This document shows positions 1 through 13,349 of a stretch of DNA of 64,000 nt, in pieces; position 1 is the first letter of the stretch, and each line of letters begins with the position of its first letter. Origin of the DNA: the human T2T-CHM13v2.0 reference genome, Homo sapiens; the NCBI RefSeq assembly GCF_009914755.1, contig NC_060939.1; one strand, 5' to 3'. A program made the position numbers and the translations under genes. A model generated the notes under the pieces. The model ran no database searches, had not been told where the DNA came from, and saw only the letters and a program-made list of their open reading frames with translations.

Positions 1-270
<270 letters not shown>

Positions 271-634
271 GAAGAAAGTTCTTGTGCAAAGATTAAAAAA
301 TACTCACCTCTATTTTCTCCCAGTAACTCCGAATACTGCTTATTAAGGTCTATCCAAAGTGAGAAATCAAGTTTACTGAGTTTGTTTTTATCTAGTCAGT
401 ATGTCTGAAAGTCAGTGAATCATTGAATCATTCCAACTAAAGGAAATGAAAATAGATTTAGCATCCTTCAATTCAACTAACTCCTTAATTAGCAATTTTT
501 TTCTGAGACTTCTATTTCTACCAATTAGACTTTTCCATATAAAAATAACACTAGATGGAAGAGCCAACAGTTTCACCTCCAAGCAACTGGTTCATATTGG
601 CTGCCCAGAGCGCTGGATTAAGAAAAATATTCAA

Positions 635-845
635 GCCTGGGCAATGTAGTGAGACCTCGTCTCCACAAAAAAAATTTAAAATTAGCCAAGCATGGTGGGA
701 CATCCCTGTAGTCCCAGCTACTTAGGAGGCTGAAGTGAGAGGATCATGTGAGCCTGGGAAGTGGAGGTTGCAGTGAGCCAAGATCGCATCACTGCACACC
801 AGCCTGGGCAACAGAGTGAGACCCTGCCTGTCTCAAAAAAAAAAA
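635..845 (+). mobile_element. AluJ, 5'-truncated
   Basis: Alu consensus. Confidence 0.85.
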
Positions 846-1056
846 GTGTTCAGCAGAGAACATTACTGATTGTGGTTCAGGAAGGAGAGTGTAGTAACAA
901 ATACTCTCTCTGCCCTAGACACCTGGATCCTGGAGGACTTTATTCTTTATCTTCTATATTTGGCCTACTACCTTTTGAGTGACCAAATGATGTCCAATCC
1001 AAGGACCTCTCTCTGAGGCATCCTAAACACTTTAGTGAGGCATTTCATTATCACAA

Positions 1057-1351
1057 TTTTTTTTTTTTTTAAGACAGAGTCTTGCTCTGTTGCCCAGGCT
1101 GGAGTGCAATGGCACAATCTTGGCTCACTGCAACCTCCGCCTCCCAGGTTGAAGTGATTCTCCGGCCTCAGCCTCCCAAGTAGCTGGGATTACAGGCATG
1201 TGCCATGATGCCCGGCTAATTTTTGTATTTTTTAGTAGGGACGGGGTTTCGCTATGTTGGCCAGGCTGATCTCGAACTCCTGACCTTAGGTGATCCACCT
1301 GCCTCGGCCTCCCAGAGTGCTGGGATTACAGGCATGAGCCACGGGGCCCAG
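1057..1351 (-). mobile_element. AluS
   Basis: Alu consensus. Confidence 0.9.
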
Positions 1352-2640
1352 TCATTACAATTTAACTTCAAATTTGTGACAGAGTCACTGAGACAAAGTC
1401 CATATTCAACAAAGCAGAACATCGCTCCTATTTGTTCTGTTCTAAGATACACTGATACTAATATAAGTTAACACTACAAATGATCTTCAAATTAGGTAAA
1501 GTGAGTAGAAACTCCATTACCAATCAATCAATAAATGGATAACCAATCCTTCATTAAATGGGGGAATAATTTACTTAACTGTTAGGACAACCGTTAGAAT
1601 AAATCAAATTGTTTGCATTGAAAAAACACACCTCTTATGGCAACAGAGTGAATACACCAAACAGAATGGACCACCGCATAGTTTATGTGGCTGTTTAAAC
1701 ACAAGTCTTGTGATCTTTGAGTGACTTCCCAAGCAAGAGGGAATAATGTTATAATGCAGTAAATACTGGCATTTTAAAAATTGCTCTTAAAGTCAGACTA
1801 GACTGTGACTAAGGGCCTTTATGAATTTAGGATCCTTTCACATATAGATCATCTATTTGATTAAGTTCTCATAAGGATTAGTGGAAGAATCATGCATATA
1901 GACTTGCTCAGTGCCAAATTTACGTGAATTTTAAGATTCCTGTCTTTAATTCTTGTGTGTCATAGCCAATTTTATTTTGGGTGGTGAACACAACTGTAAC
2001 TATATTAGTAATGACAAGAACAATTACTTGATGTAAAAACTTTTCTTTAACAACTCTACTTTCTGAGAGTGAAAATAATAAACTGTATCTTTATTGTCCA
2101 ATCAGAGTTCAGGAATCAACTTAAATGTATGTTAGCGTTAAAACTGTAGGTACATCTATATTTAGGGGCTAGGACAATTCAAATAATTTGCCAATATCCC
2201 CAACGTACTTCATTTTTGATTGTCCAGATTTTGTTTATTTCATTTCTACCCAATCTTTCTCTTCTGATTCTCTCCGAGGTGCTGATCTTAATGCGCTAGG
2301 ATCCTCTTCTGCCAAGGTGACTAAACGCTATTTCATCCTAACACCCACCTGCTGCTACAAGCCTCCTTTACTTCAAATGTTTCTTCTCTCCCTGTTGTTC
2401 CTTGATCAATATCATTTCAAGATCGCCTAGGCTACTCCTCCCCATCGCTTATTACTTCAGGTTGCTCTATTTATTCTCTCCTGTGTTCACGTGCAATCAT
2501 TGGTCACAGGCCCTGATGAACCAACTTCAATTTTATTCAGTAGAAGCTGGTAAATATAAAAATTATGCATCTAATAAAATACTTACTTTTGGCTTCTGTA
2601 TTATACTCAGATTTACTCTATTCACCTCCCCAATTATTCC

Positions 2641-2707
2641 TGTCGCCTTTTCTTCTCACCTTGCATGTAAAGGCTTTTGTCGCCTTTTCTTCTCACCTTG
2701 CATGTAA
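2641..2707. repeat. 30-bp perfect direct repeat, two copies
   Basis: TGTCGCCTTTTCTTCTCACCTTGCATGTAA at 2641-2670 and 2678-2707. Confidence 0.95.
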
Positions 2708-3553
2708 TTCTTCAGGGTATGCTATACCCTATCTTCCACAAGGAAAATGTAAAACAGTCCCCTAGATTCTCCGCCATTCCTCCAGACCTTACATGAAGGT
2801 GACCTTTAACCAAATGATTCCTTTGGAATTAGAATCCTTCCATAAAAAAAAAAATTAAGAGAAGATAGTTATTTTAAAAAAAACCTCTGAGACCTAAGAT
2901 CACCAGGTGGAAAGGGAGTAGAGAGAAGTGAAGCTCCTAAGAAACCAGAGTTGAAAGGAGAGAGAACAGGCAGAAAGCTTATGAGAACAGAGTTATCCTG
3001 AAAATATTCAGGCACATCTCTCTTTCCAGGAAATGTCAGTGGATTTCCAGGAAATCCCAGAAGATGTGGGGTCAGGTTTTATATGGGTTTCCTTAACAAC
3101 AGCAGATTTCTGGGGACCCTTGCTTTATCACCTCTCATCAAAATATGTGAGCTCTAATATGATACAATAACAAAACAAGGAAGTTTTTAGCCCCAAATGA
3201 TAGCTATTTATATATAATTTCTGAGAATATAAAATTCAGTTAGACTACCTGAATATACTTTTTAAAAATATGGTAACTATAACTATTTCCATACTTAGGT
3301 ATAATACTACTGAAACTCCTTTCCATGTGTTATAGAAAAATATATGTAATTATTACTGAAACATATTCAGAGGTGAATATAATATTCAGCCTTTCACTTA
3401 TTGCCTGTGTATAGAACTACTACATACTCTTTTGTTCCTGGAGAAGAGATAGTATCAACATATAAATTGCTCCTTCTTATTTTTAAATATTATTTTTTAA
3501 AGTTTTCTTCTCAAATACAGATTTCCCAAAACCTACTTTTGCCACGTGGTTGC

Positions 3554-3678
3554 TTTTTTTGTTTAAGAGACAGGGTCTCACTATGTTGCCCAGGCTGGCC
3601 ACAAACTCCTGAGCTGAAGTGATCCATCTCAGCTTCTCGAGTGGCTGGGACTACAGGAGAACACCATCAAGCCCAGCT
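3554..3678 (-). mobile_element. FLAM-like Alu monomer
   Basis: Monomer consensus. Confidence 0.75.
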
Positions 3679-3705
3679 GGTTGCTTATTAAATATACTTT
3701 AATTA

Positions 3706-4000
3706 GGCCAGACATGGTGGCTCACACCTGTAATACCAGCACTGGGAGGCCAAGACAGGCAGATCACCTGAGGTCGGCAGTTCGAGACCAGCCTGACCAA
3801 TATGGTGAAACCACGTCTCTACTAAAAATACAAAAGTTAGCTGAGCGTGGTGGCATACATCTCTAATCCCAGCTACACGGGAAGCTGAGGTGAGAGAATC
3901 ACTTGAACCCAGGAGGCGGAGGTTGCAGTAAGCCGAGATCACACCACTGCTCTCCAGCCTGGGCAACAGAGTGAGACTTCATATCCAAAAAAAAAAAAAA
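3706..4000 (+). mobile_element. AluS
   Basis: Alu consensus. Confidence 0.9.
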
Positions 4001-5240
4001 CTTTAAATATGTTTTCAGATACCTTTTTGTACATGGAAAGAAATCCCCGTTTCCCCATAATTTTTCCCATTCTGTAGTTATGATCCTATAGTCACTCTCT
4101 TTTTGGCCCCAACAGTGTTCCTAGGCCCAGGGACTTTTGCAAAGAAAGCAAGCTGAGTCTCTGAACCCTGCCAGCCACTTTTGATGGAGTTTTTTCCCTT
4201 AGATAAGCCACTGGCTTTTGTCTGCTACTCCACAAGGCGTTACCTTACCCAGTTGGTTATACTACAACACCTATAACATGAAAACTCTAAATTGAGTTAT
4301 ATATTACTTTAATTTATACATGATTTTTCACTTAACAAAGAGACTTACTATCGATTTTTACAGTTTATTTTAAAATACTTCCATTTATAATATTTTAGAA
4401 AGCCATTCCATGACAAGATATACCTATATTGCTCTATCTCATAAAGCTTTAATTGATGTAATCTCTTCATGTTGCTATGTTTTTTAAAAACACACACATA
4501 ACCATTAAAATCTAAAATATCCATAGCTTGGTGACAAGATATATGCCTATAAGCAGTCATCTTAAGAAGCCACAGAGATACCCTAAAATATTAAGTAAAA
4601 GAACCTACTTTTCTTAAAGTATGTGTTAGTGCACATTTTTTGCATAATATCTGAATACAAAATATACTAAGTTATCACAGAATAGTGAGAATTTTAGAAT
4701 TTCTTGATGTATATATTGCTTAAAAATATGAAAGCTAAATTATAATTGTTACCATAACTATGTCTAAGTGATATTTTAAAGCAGTCATTCTATTTCCAGC
4801 CAGTTCATTGATCAACTTGTTCAAACTGCCCAATTTGCTAGTTATGAATCTTTCTCGTCTACTGAGTATTCAACACTACAAGCTTTTGGTTATAATTTCA
4901 AGGCTGTATAAGGAATCCAGTATTTTTGTTTGGGGTTTTGTTTTTAATATACGTTGAAGTATATAATAATACACACTGAGAATGCTGCCCATGTAGTATC
5001 TTTAGAAATTATTTTTTTTTCTGGGTTAAGGTACGATTTTCCCAAAATATGAATGATTAAAGTATATGACAACCTCTGAATTTCCAATGAGGTTGGGAAT
5101 TGAACTCAACTGGCATTGATACTTCACCTACCCCATTCCAGCCTCTGTCTTTCTACCCCTCCATGAATGATTGCTATGAACAAAATGACCCTAGAATGTC
5201 ATTATTAGAGAAAGTATGCCTTTGGTCAGTATCTGCTGGC

Positions 5241-5525
5241 TTTTGAGACAGAGTCTCGCTCTGTCACTCAGGCTGGAGCACAGCGGCGTGATCTAGGCTC
5301 ACTGTAACTTCTGTCTCCCGGGTTCAAATGATTCTGGTGCCTCAGCCTCATGAGTAGCTGGGCTACAGGCGTGCGCCACCATGCCCCAGCTAATTTTTAG
5401 ATTTTTAGTAGAGACATGGTTTCACCATGTTGGCCAGGCTGGTCTCAAACTCCTGACCTCAAGTGATCCACCTACCTCAGCCTCCCAAAGTGCTGGGATT
5501 ACAGGCATGAGCCACCATACCCAGC
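5241..5525 (-). mobile_element. AluS
   Basis: Alu consensus. Confidence 0.9.
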
Positions 5526-5556
5526 CTCTGCTGGCTTTTAACACAATATCACTACA

Positions 5557-5880
5557 CTTTTTTTTTTTTTTGAGGCAGGGCCTTGCTCTGTCACCTAGAC
5601 TGGAGTGCAGTGGCACAATCATGGTTCACGGCAGCCTCGACCTCCTGGGCTCAAGTGATCTTCCCACCTCAGCCTCCTGAGTAGCTGGGACCACAGGTGT
5701 GCACCACCATATTTGGCTTTCTTTTTCTCTTTTTCTTTTTTTTTTTTTTTTAATTTCTGAGGGACAGGGTCTTGCCATGTTGCCCAGGCTGGTCTCAAAC
5801 TCCTGGACTCAAGCCATCCTCCTGCCTTGGCCTCCCAACCAAAGTGCTGGGGGTTCAGGTGTGAGCCACCATACCCAGCC
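5557..5880 (-). mobile_element. AluJ
   Basis: Alu consensus. Confidence 0.9.
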
Positions 5881-6988
5881 CATTTTTATTTCAGAAAACA
5901 TACATTAAGAGTGTGGTTTCTGAAATACAAAGTATAAATAACCAAGAGGTAATTCTAGGCAAATTATAAACACATCAGTCAGTATTGCTATTTCCTTTGC
6001 TTTAATTTAGAATTCAGTGACTTTTTGAAAACTAGCCTCTAGTTTCAAAAATGGGACATGCTATTATTTAAAAAATATTACTCCAAATGATGAAAGTAGA
6101 TCTAGCAAGCATATGAAACTCCCAAGAATGAAACAGTACTTGATGCAGATGTGCTTGTTCTCCAGAATACCCATTCATCTCAGAACTACTTAAAATATAC
6201 AATTTTATTTTTTAGTTAATTTAAATAAAAATAAGCGATTAGCTAGAAACCACTGAAAATAAAAACCTTCAGGAAAAAGTTTTCCTTCTCTTAACCAGGA
6301 AGAAAAGGAAATAACACTAAAATTGACAACCTTACCAGCTTCAGCTATCAAAAGGGAAGATACTTCCATTTCACCAACATTGTTTCCAACATTGTCTCCT
6401 GTGTCTGCAGTTACTGAGGACTGGCAAATAACTTTTAACTCCATCTAAGACAGAGGAGTCAAATCAACACATGAAATCGCTTGTCATCATTATTGGAGCA
6501 GTTGAAATACATGACCCCACCGTTCATGTCTACAAAATATATCATGATAAAGTATTGTAACTCTATTACAGACCAACAAATGGGCTTGACCAAGGTAAAG
6601 GCATATTAGGTTTCAAACACATCTAAAGGAAACAAATCCCAGAGGAAAGGCAGGCAGAAGTACAAGGAACTTAACCACAAGGAAGGGAAATTCAATGCCA
6701 AATAAGAAAACCTACATGCAGCTTATAGGTTTGATACTTTAGCCAGGGTTGTTAGGCTAAATATATGTAGAAAATAAAAACTATTTCATTTTTTCCATAG
6801 GAAAAAAGTAATACAGCTAGTTCTCCTAATAGACAAAAGTGAGAAAATGTCATCTATTTGAAAGAGGAGGAGGGGGACTAAGGACAGAGCAAAGTTTCCA
6901 AAAACTCCAAAAATGAGAGACATAGGACAGAGGCTAAAAGAATACAAGTAAATTATAGCCAAATATAAGGAAGAAAAAAATATACATA

Positions 6989-7276
6989 TTTTTTTCTTGA
7001 GACAGAGTCCCCCTCTGTCACCCAGGCTGGAGTGCAGTGGCACAATCTCAGCTCACTGTAACCTCCAGGTTCAAGTGATTCTCCCACTTCAGCCTCCCGA
7101 GTAGCTGGGACTACATGCATGTGCCATCATGCCTGGCTAATTTTTTTTGTATCTGTAGTAGAGACAGGGTTTCACCATGTTGCCCAGGCTGGTCTCGAAC
7201 TCCTGAGCTCAAGCGATCCTCCCATCTCGGCTTCCCAAAGTGCTGGGATTACAGGCATGAGCTGCCGCATATGGCT
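6989..7276 (-). mobile_element. Alu (J/S)
   Basis: Alu consensus. Confidence 0.9.
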
Positions 7277-7359
7277 GAAAAATCATTTTTTAAAAATCCT
7301 GTGTGTTGCAAGTTCAAAGATGATTATTAGTAATAAAACTATAGCTAAATAGCACTAAA

Positions 7360-7550
7360 ATGTATAAAGTACTTTCAGATACATTTTCTCTATTTTTTTT
7401 TTCTCATCTTCACACAACTCTTGGGAATAGGCTGATCACAGAAGTTAGGTGACTCATTCAAGGTCATATAGGTAGTATGAAGCAGAGCCAAGGTTTGACC
7501 TCAAGTTTCCTGAGTTCAAACACTATACTCCTTTCACTATACCATTATTA
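7360..7550. mobile_element. MIR
   Basis: GAAGTTAGGTGACTCATTCAAGGTCATA core. Confidence 0.6.
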
Positions 7551-8315
7551 AATAAAATTTCTACTCAAATCCACCAAAGGCATTCTAATAAAATTCTGCT
7601 CAATGTAACCATGCATTGCTCACTCATCAGTCCCAAAGCCAATCTCAGAATTGCCAACACTGTATAGAACTGCTTTCACACTCTGGTAATTTCTAGAAAA
7701 ACCTCAATAAAGAAAAGATTTCAGAACTGAATTTTTCTTATTAAAAAAAAAACTTACTCTAACCATTATGATTGCATCTAATGAATTCAATTTTACTCTT
7801 TCAACATTGATGAACCATTGTCAATGTTCATCAAAACTGATAACAAAATACAATGTCTGTTTCCCAATGGCAAATCCCTGCTTGTTCCCTCACCTATTTC
7901 TATAATGTATTGTCATTTATAACCTCTGACAGTTGTGCCACATTTCCCACATTACACAGAAACCAAGCACAGTAATTTTGGAAGGTTTTGTACTAGAAAT
8001 TGGATTCCTGAAGAAAAGATAACCTCATTTTTTAGTCAGTACAGCTAACTCATGAAAAATGACTTAGTTTCCATATACTACTTTTCAATGTAAAAGAAAA
8101 TTTTTAAAATATTTATGACTTCAACAAATCTTGGTCAGAAGAGTTTTTATCATAATTCTTGAGTCAACAAACAGTAGAATCTGAAAGTTATGACAAGATA
8201 GTGCACTGCAGAATAAAGAGCCCTATTGTATGAATCCATTTCAGACTACAGAATCTTGGGTAAGTCAATTTACCTCTCTGGGTCTCAGTTTTGCCCTTTA
8301 AAAAAATTCAGTTCA

Positions 8316-8544
8316 AATGAGAACACATGGACACAGGGAGGGAACATCACACACCGGGGCCTGTTGGGGGGTTGGGAGGAAGGAGAGGGAGAGCATTAGA
8401 ACAAATAACTAATGCATGCGGGGCTTAAAACCTAGATGACAGGTTGATAGGTGCAGCAAACCACCATGGCACATGTAAACCTATGAAACAAACCTGCACA
8501 TTCTGCACATGTATCCCAGAACTTAAAGTAAAATAAAATTTTTT
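8316..8544 (+). mobile_element. L1PA (about L1PA8) 3' UTR fragment
   Basis: Typical 3' UTR; TSD AAAAAATTCAGTTCA at 8301-8315 and 8545-8559; adjoins a MIR-like segment. Confidence 0.88.
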
Positions 8545-9303
8545 AAAAAATTCAGTTCAGTAGCTTTCATTTTTGTTTAACAGAGGCACCTTTTTTCTAA
8601 CAATTTATCACCTGGAAATTCAATATTTTTAAAACTGATAAAATGTAGAGCCCTTCTAGGCAGGTTGCTCAGATCCCACCCACTCAGCACTCAGCATGCT
8701 CCTCAGTCCCCAAATCCCCACCTCAGACACCCCATGAAATATGTCTGAGGAACAGAATATAAAAACCAGAAATGAACTCTTTCAAGTCTCTTCCAGCTCT
8801 AAAAGTCTAGGATTTCATTATTTTATACTCCATATCATTAGCCATTAGAGAAATGTAAATTAAAACCTCAACGAAATATCACTATATACCTATCAAAATA
8901 ACTTTTTAAAAAAATGTTAATAACACCAAGTGCTGGTAAGGACACAAAGTATCTAGAATTCTCATATATTGCTGGTGGGAATGCAAAATGATATAGCCAC
9001 TTTGGAAAACAGTTTGGCAGTTTCTTATAAAGGTAAACAGACACACATATACAACTAGTAACTCTACTTCTAGGTATATACCTAAGTAAAATGAAAACCT
9101 ATATTTATATAAAAACCTGTATGTGAATGTCTTTTTGCAGCCTTATTCATAACTGCCAAAAAATGAAAACTCCAATGTCCCTCAATGGGTTAATAGATGA
9201 ACAAATTGTGATACATCCATAAAATAGAATAGTACTCAGCAATGAAATGAAAAAAACTGCTAATATACACACTAACATGAATGAATCTCAAAAGCATTAT
9301 GCT

Positions 9304-11191
9304 TACACTGAAAACCACAAAGCATTTTTTTAAAAATTAAAGATCCAAATAAATGGAAATACATCCTACATTCATGAATCAGAAGACTTAATACTGTTAA
9401 GATGGCAACACTCCCTGAATTGCTGAATTGATCAACAGATTCAATACACTTCGTATCAAAATTCCACCTGGAATTTTTACAGAAATTGACAAGCTGATTC
9501 TAAAATTCATATGGAAATGCAATAAACCAAGAATAGCCAAAATAATCTTGAAAAAGAATGAAGGTGGTGAACTCATACTTCCCAACTTCAAAACCTACTA
9601 CAAAGTTATTAATCAAGATACTGTGGTAGTGGAATAAAGGTAAATAGATAGATCAATGGAATATAATTTAGAGTCCAGAAATAAACCCATATATTTATGG
9701 TCTATTCATCTTCAGCAAAAGGGCTAAGACAATTTAATGAGGAAAAGAATAGCCTTTTCAACTGATTGCGCTGGACAACTGGATATCCACATGTAATAGC
9801 AAAACTTTGGACACCTATCTCACACCATACACAAAAATTAACTCAAAGTTGATCATAGACCTAAATGTATGAGCTAACACTATACAACTCCTAGAAGAAA
9901 ATACAGGTATAAACCTTCTTGACATTGGGTTAGGCAATGATTTCTTAGATATGCCACCAAAAGCACAAGCAATAAAAAATAAGATTATTAAATTGGACTC
10001 CATCAAAATTAAAATCTTTTGTGCTTCAAAAGATACCATCAAGAAAATGAAAAGACAACTCACAGACTAGGAGAAAATACTTGTAAATCATCTATCTGAT
10101 AAAGGACTTGTATCCAGAATATATAATAAATTCTTATAACTCAACAAAGAGACAAATAACCCAATTTTTAAATGGCCAAAGACTTGAATAGACATTTCTC
10201 CCAAAAAGATATACAAATGGCCAGTAAACATACGAAAAGATGCTCAACATATTTAGTCATTTGGTAAATGCAAATCAAAACCACAATAAGATACTCCTTC
10301 ACACCCATTAGAATGGCTGTAATAAAAAAAGGCACATGTATACATAGGTAACTAACCTGCACATTGTGCACATGTACCCTAAAACTTAAAGTATAATAAT
10401 AAAAAAAAGAAAGTTCATAAAATAAAATATGTAAAAAAAAAAAAAAAGGCAGACAATAGTGAGGATTGGCCAGGAGAAACTGGAACCCTTGAGCCACTGT
10501 GGAAAAGGGTTTGACAGTTCCAAAGGGTTTGAGCACTGTGGAAAAGGGTTTGAAAAAGGGTTTGGCAGTTTGCTGGCTCGTGTGGTAACAAAGAATTACC
10601 ACACAATCCAGCAATTCCACTCTTAGGTATCCATCCAAAAGAAATAAAAACATACTTCCACACAAAAACTTGTACAAAAATGTTCATAATGTATTCAAGA
10701 GAAAGGAAAACATGTCCACACAAAAACCTGTACATAAATGTTCATAGCATTATCCATAATAGCCAAAAAGTTGAAATGTCCATCAACTGATGAATAAACA
10801 AAATGTGGTATATCTATGACCTATACAATGGGAAATTACTTGGCAATTAAAAAAATAAAGCATTCATGTTACTACATGAATGAACCTGAAAAACATTATA
10901 CTAAGTGAAAGAAGTTACAAAAGACCACGTTGTATGATACCATTAATTAATATATCTAGAATAGGCAAATCTGGAGAGATGAAAAGTAGGTGTTTGCCTA
11001 GGATAGGGAGCTATGGGAGGGGAGTCAGAATTGGGGAATAACTGCTAATGAGTACAAGGTTTATTTTGGGGTGATAAAAATGTTTTAAAATTAGATATCT
11101 TGATGGTTGCACAACTCTGAAAAGATACTAAAAACTGTTGAAATGTACACCTTAAACAGATGAACTTTATGGTATGTAAATTGTATCTCAA
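9304..11191 (+). mobile_element. L1MB-like element nested in the older L1M
   Basis: ORF2 homology (DKLILKFIWK..PRIAK..LPNFKTYYK); flanked by AAAAGCATTATGCT at 9290-9303 and 11192-11205. Confidence 0.8.
10331..10447 (+). mobile_element. Tiny young L1PA 3' end nested in the L1MB
   Basis: GTAACTAACCTGCACATTGTGCACATGTACCCTAAAACTTAAAGTATAAT plus poly(A); TSD AAAAAAAGGCA. Confidence 0.85.
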
Positions 11192-11506
11192 AAAAGCATT
11201 ATGCTAAGTGAAAGAAGCCAGACTCAAAAGATTACATATTGTATGATTCCATTTATAACACTGTGGAAAAGGCAAAACTGTAAGGACAGAAATCAGGTTT
11301 GTGGCTGCCAGAAGCTGGAGAAAGAGGAGAGGACTGATCACAAAGGGGCATAAGAGAAATTTACAGGGTGCTGAAAATATTCCATACAAGGTAGTTACAC
11401 AACTTGCATATATTTGTCAAAATTCATAGAACTGTACAGCTAAAAAAGTTAATTTTAATCTATGTAAATTGTACCCCAATAAATCTGACTTATAAAAGGC
11501 AAGTTT

Positions 11507-11809
11507 TGCTGGGCACTGTGGCTCATGCCTGTAATCCACTTTGGGAGGCTGAGGCGGGCAGATCATGAGGTCGAGAGTTCGAGACCAGCCTGGCCAACAT
11601 AGTGAAACTCTATCTCTACTAAAAACACACAAAAATTTGCCAGGCATGGTGGTGGGTGCCTGTAATCCCAGCTACTTGAGAGGCTCACACAAGGAGAATC
11701 GCTTGAACCTGGGAGGTGGAAGTTGCAGCGAGCGGAGATCACACCACTGCACTCCAGCCTGGGTTACAGGGTGATACTCCATCTCAAAAATAAATAAAAT
11801 AAAAAAATT
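11507..11809 (+). mobile_element. AluS
   Basis: TSD AAAAGGCAAGTTT. Confidence 0.9.
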
Positions 11810-12173
11810 AAAAGGCAAGTTTACATTTAGGAGATACAGAAAACTATATTTGGAAACTTGAGATCAAAAGAATAGTGGAAACCTTTGAAATATACCAGAA
11901 CTCACCCTTACTGAGTTCTATAACTAAGAGGAGCATGCCTCCTACGTATACCGTCAAGTTTATATATTGCCGATGACAGAATGACAATATAGTCGAAAAC
12001 ATATGGACCATGGCAGAATTCCCCTTGGAATTCGGGATCAATGTTAGAATGAGTCCTCCCTCTGAAAGGTGAACTAGTGAAAGTCAACATAAAACTAAAG
12101 TTGTCTGGCCAAGTCCTCTAACTTAGAGGGGAAATGACATTTAGATTTGAGTCTTAAGAAATACCCAAGTCTA

Positions 12174-12494
<321 letters not shown>

Positions 12495-13349
12495 TCAAAG
12501 TAAACAGTATCATGTAGACTGGGATGTACCTTTAAAAAAATAAGAAAAGGAAAAATTAACCTATCTGAAAAAAAGTCATATTAGCATAGGTACAATAATC
12601 TGCATGAAGCAGGAGAAAAAGAGAAGACTACCAGCCATTAGTAACTACTACTTAAAGGAGAAAGAAAACTGATTCCAAATATAATTACTAGAACTCTACT
12701 ACAGAACAGAGATCATTTATAAGACTTTGAATCTGAAAAATACCCCTCAAACCCACTTGATTCCCTTTGCCTTCCAAATAGTTTCTAATCTGGTTTTCCA
12801 AAGTCTCTGATCCTAAAAGAAGTGCCTACAATGGCAGAAACCAGTATTCACTATTCCATTATAATTGACAAACTAAGATTCTGGATTATACATAAAAAAC
12901 AAAAGCTCTTACAATTTTGGTTAGCATGAATCAATTCCCGAGAACCTGAAATCAGTTGAATGAGCATATAAAGCTGTATTTTGTGTTCTGCAAACTCAAA
13001 GACCAGATCATAGATGGAAGCAGTCACCAAGCTCTTCCTTTGACATCTCTTTCTTTAAAAGGAACATCTGTATTTATAAATAATATCCTTCACAGAGGGA
13101 ACACACACACATTAAACAAACAACTTATAGAGCCAAGGATAAATTTCTTGAACTACAGAACATCTGTGCTAAAAGGGGCTGGCGGGATCATCTATTTGTG
13201 CCTCCTCATTTGGCAAATAAGAGGGTTACATTGCAATTTTAGAGATTAAGTTACCTGACCAAGGTCTCAAAGATAATCAGTGCCAGGCATTTAACACAGT
13301 TCTCTCAATTCACTCCAAGTTATCATCAGAGAGAAGTAAAACAACTGTA

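Larger units (their letters stand above)
8835..11492 (+). mobile_element. Old L1M 3' region (host element), split by an inserted L1
   Basis: ORF2-end/3' UTR homology at 8835-9303 resumes at 11192-11492. Confidence 0.75.

Noticed and set aside
2641-2707. CRISPR-like repeat-spacer
   Set aside because: Only two copies, a 7-nt spacer, human context and no cas genes.
4410-4552. Two TGACAAGATATA..CCTATA motifs about 120 bp apart
   Set aside because: Short, imperfect and AT-rich; compatible with chance.
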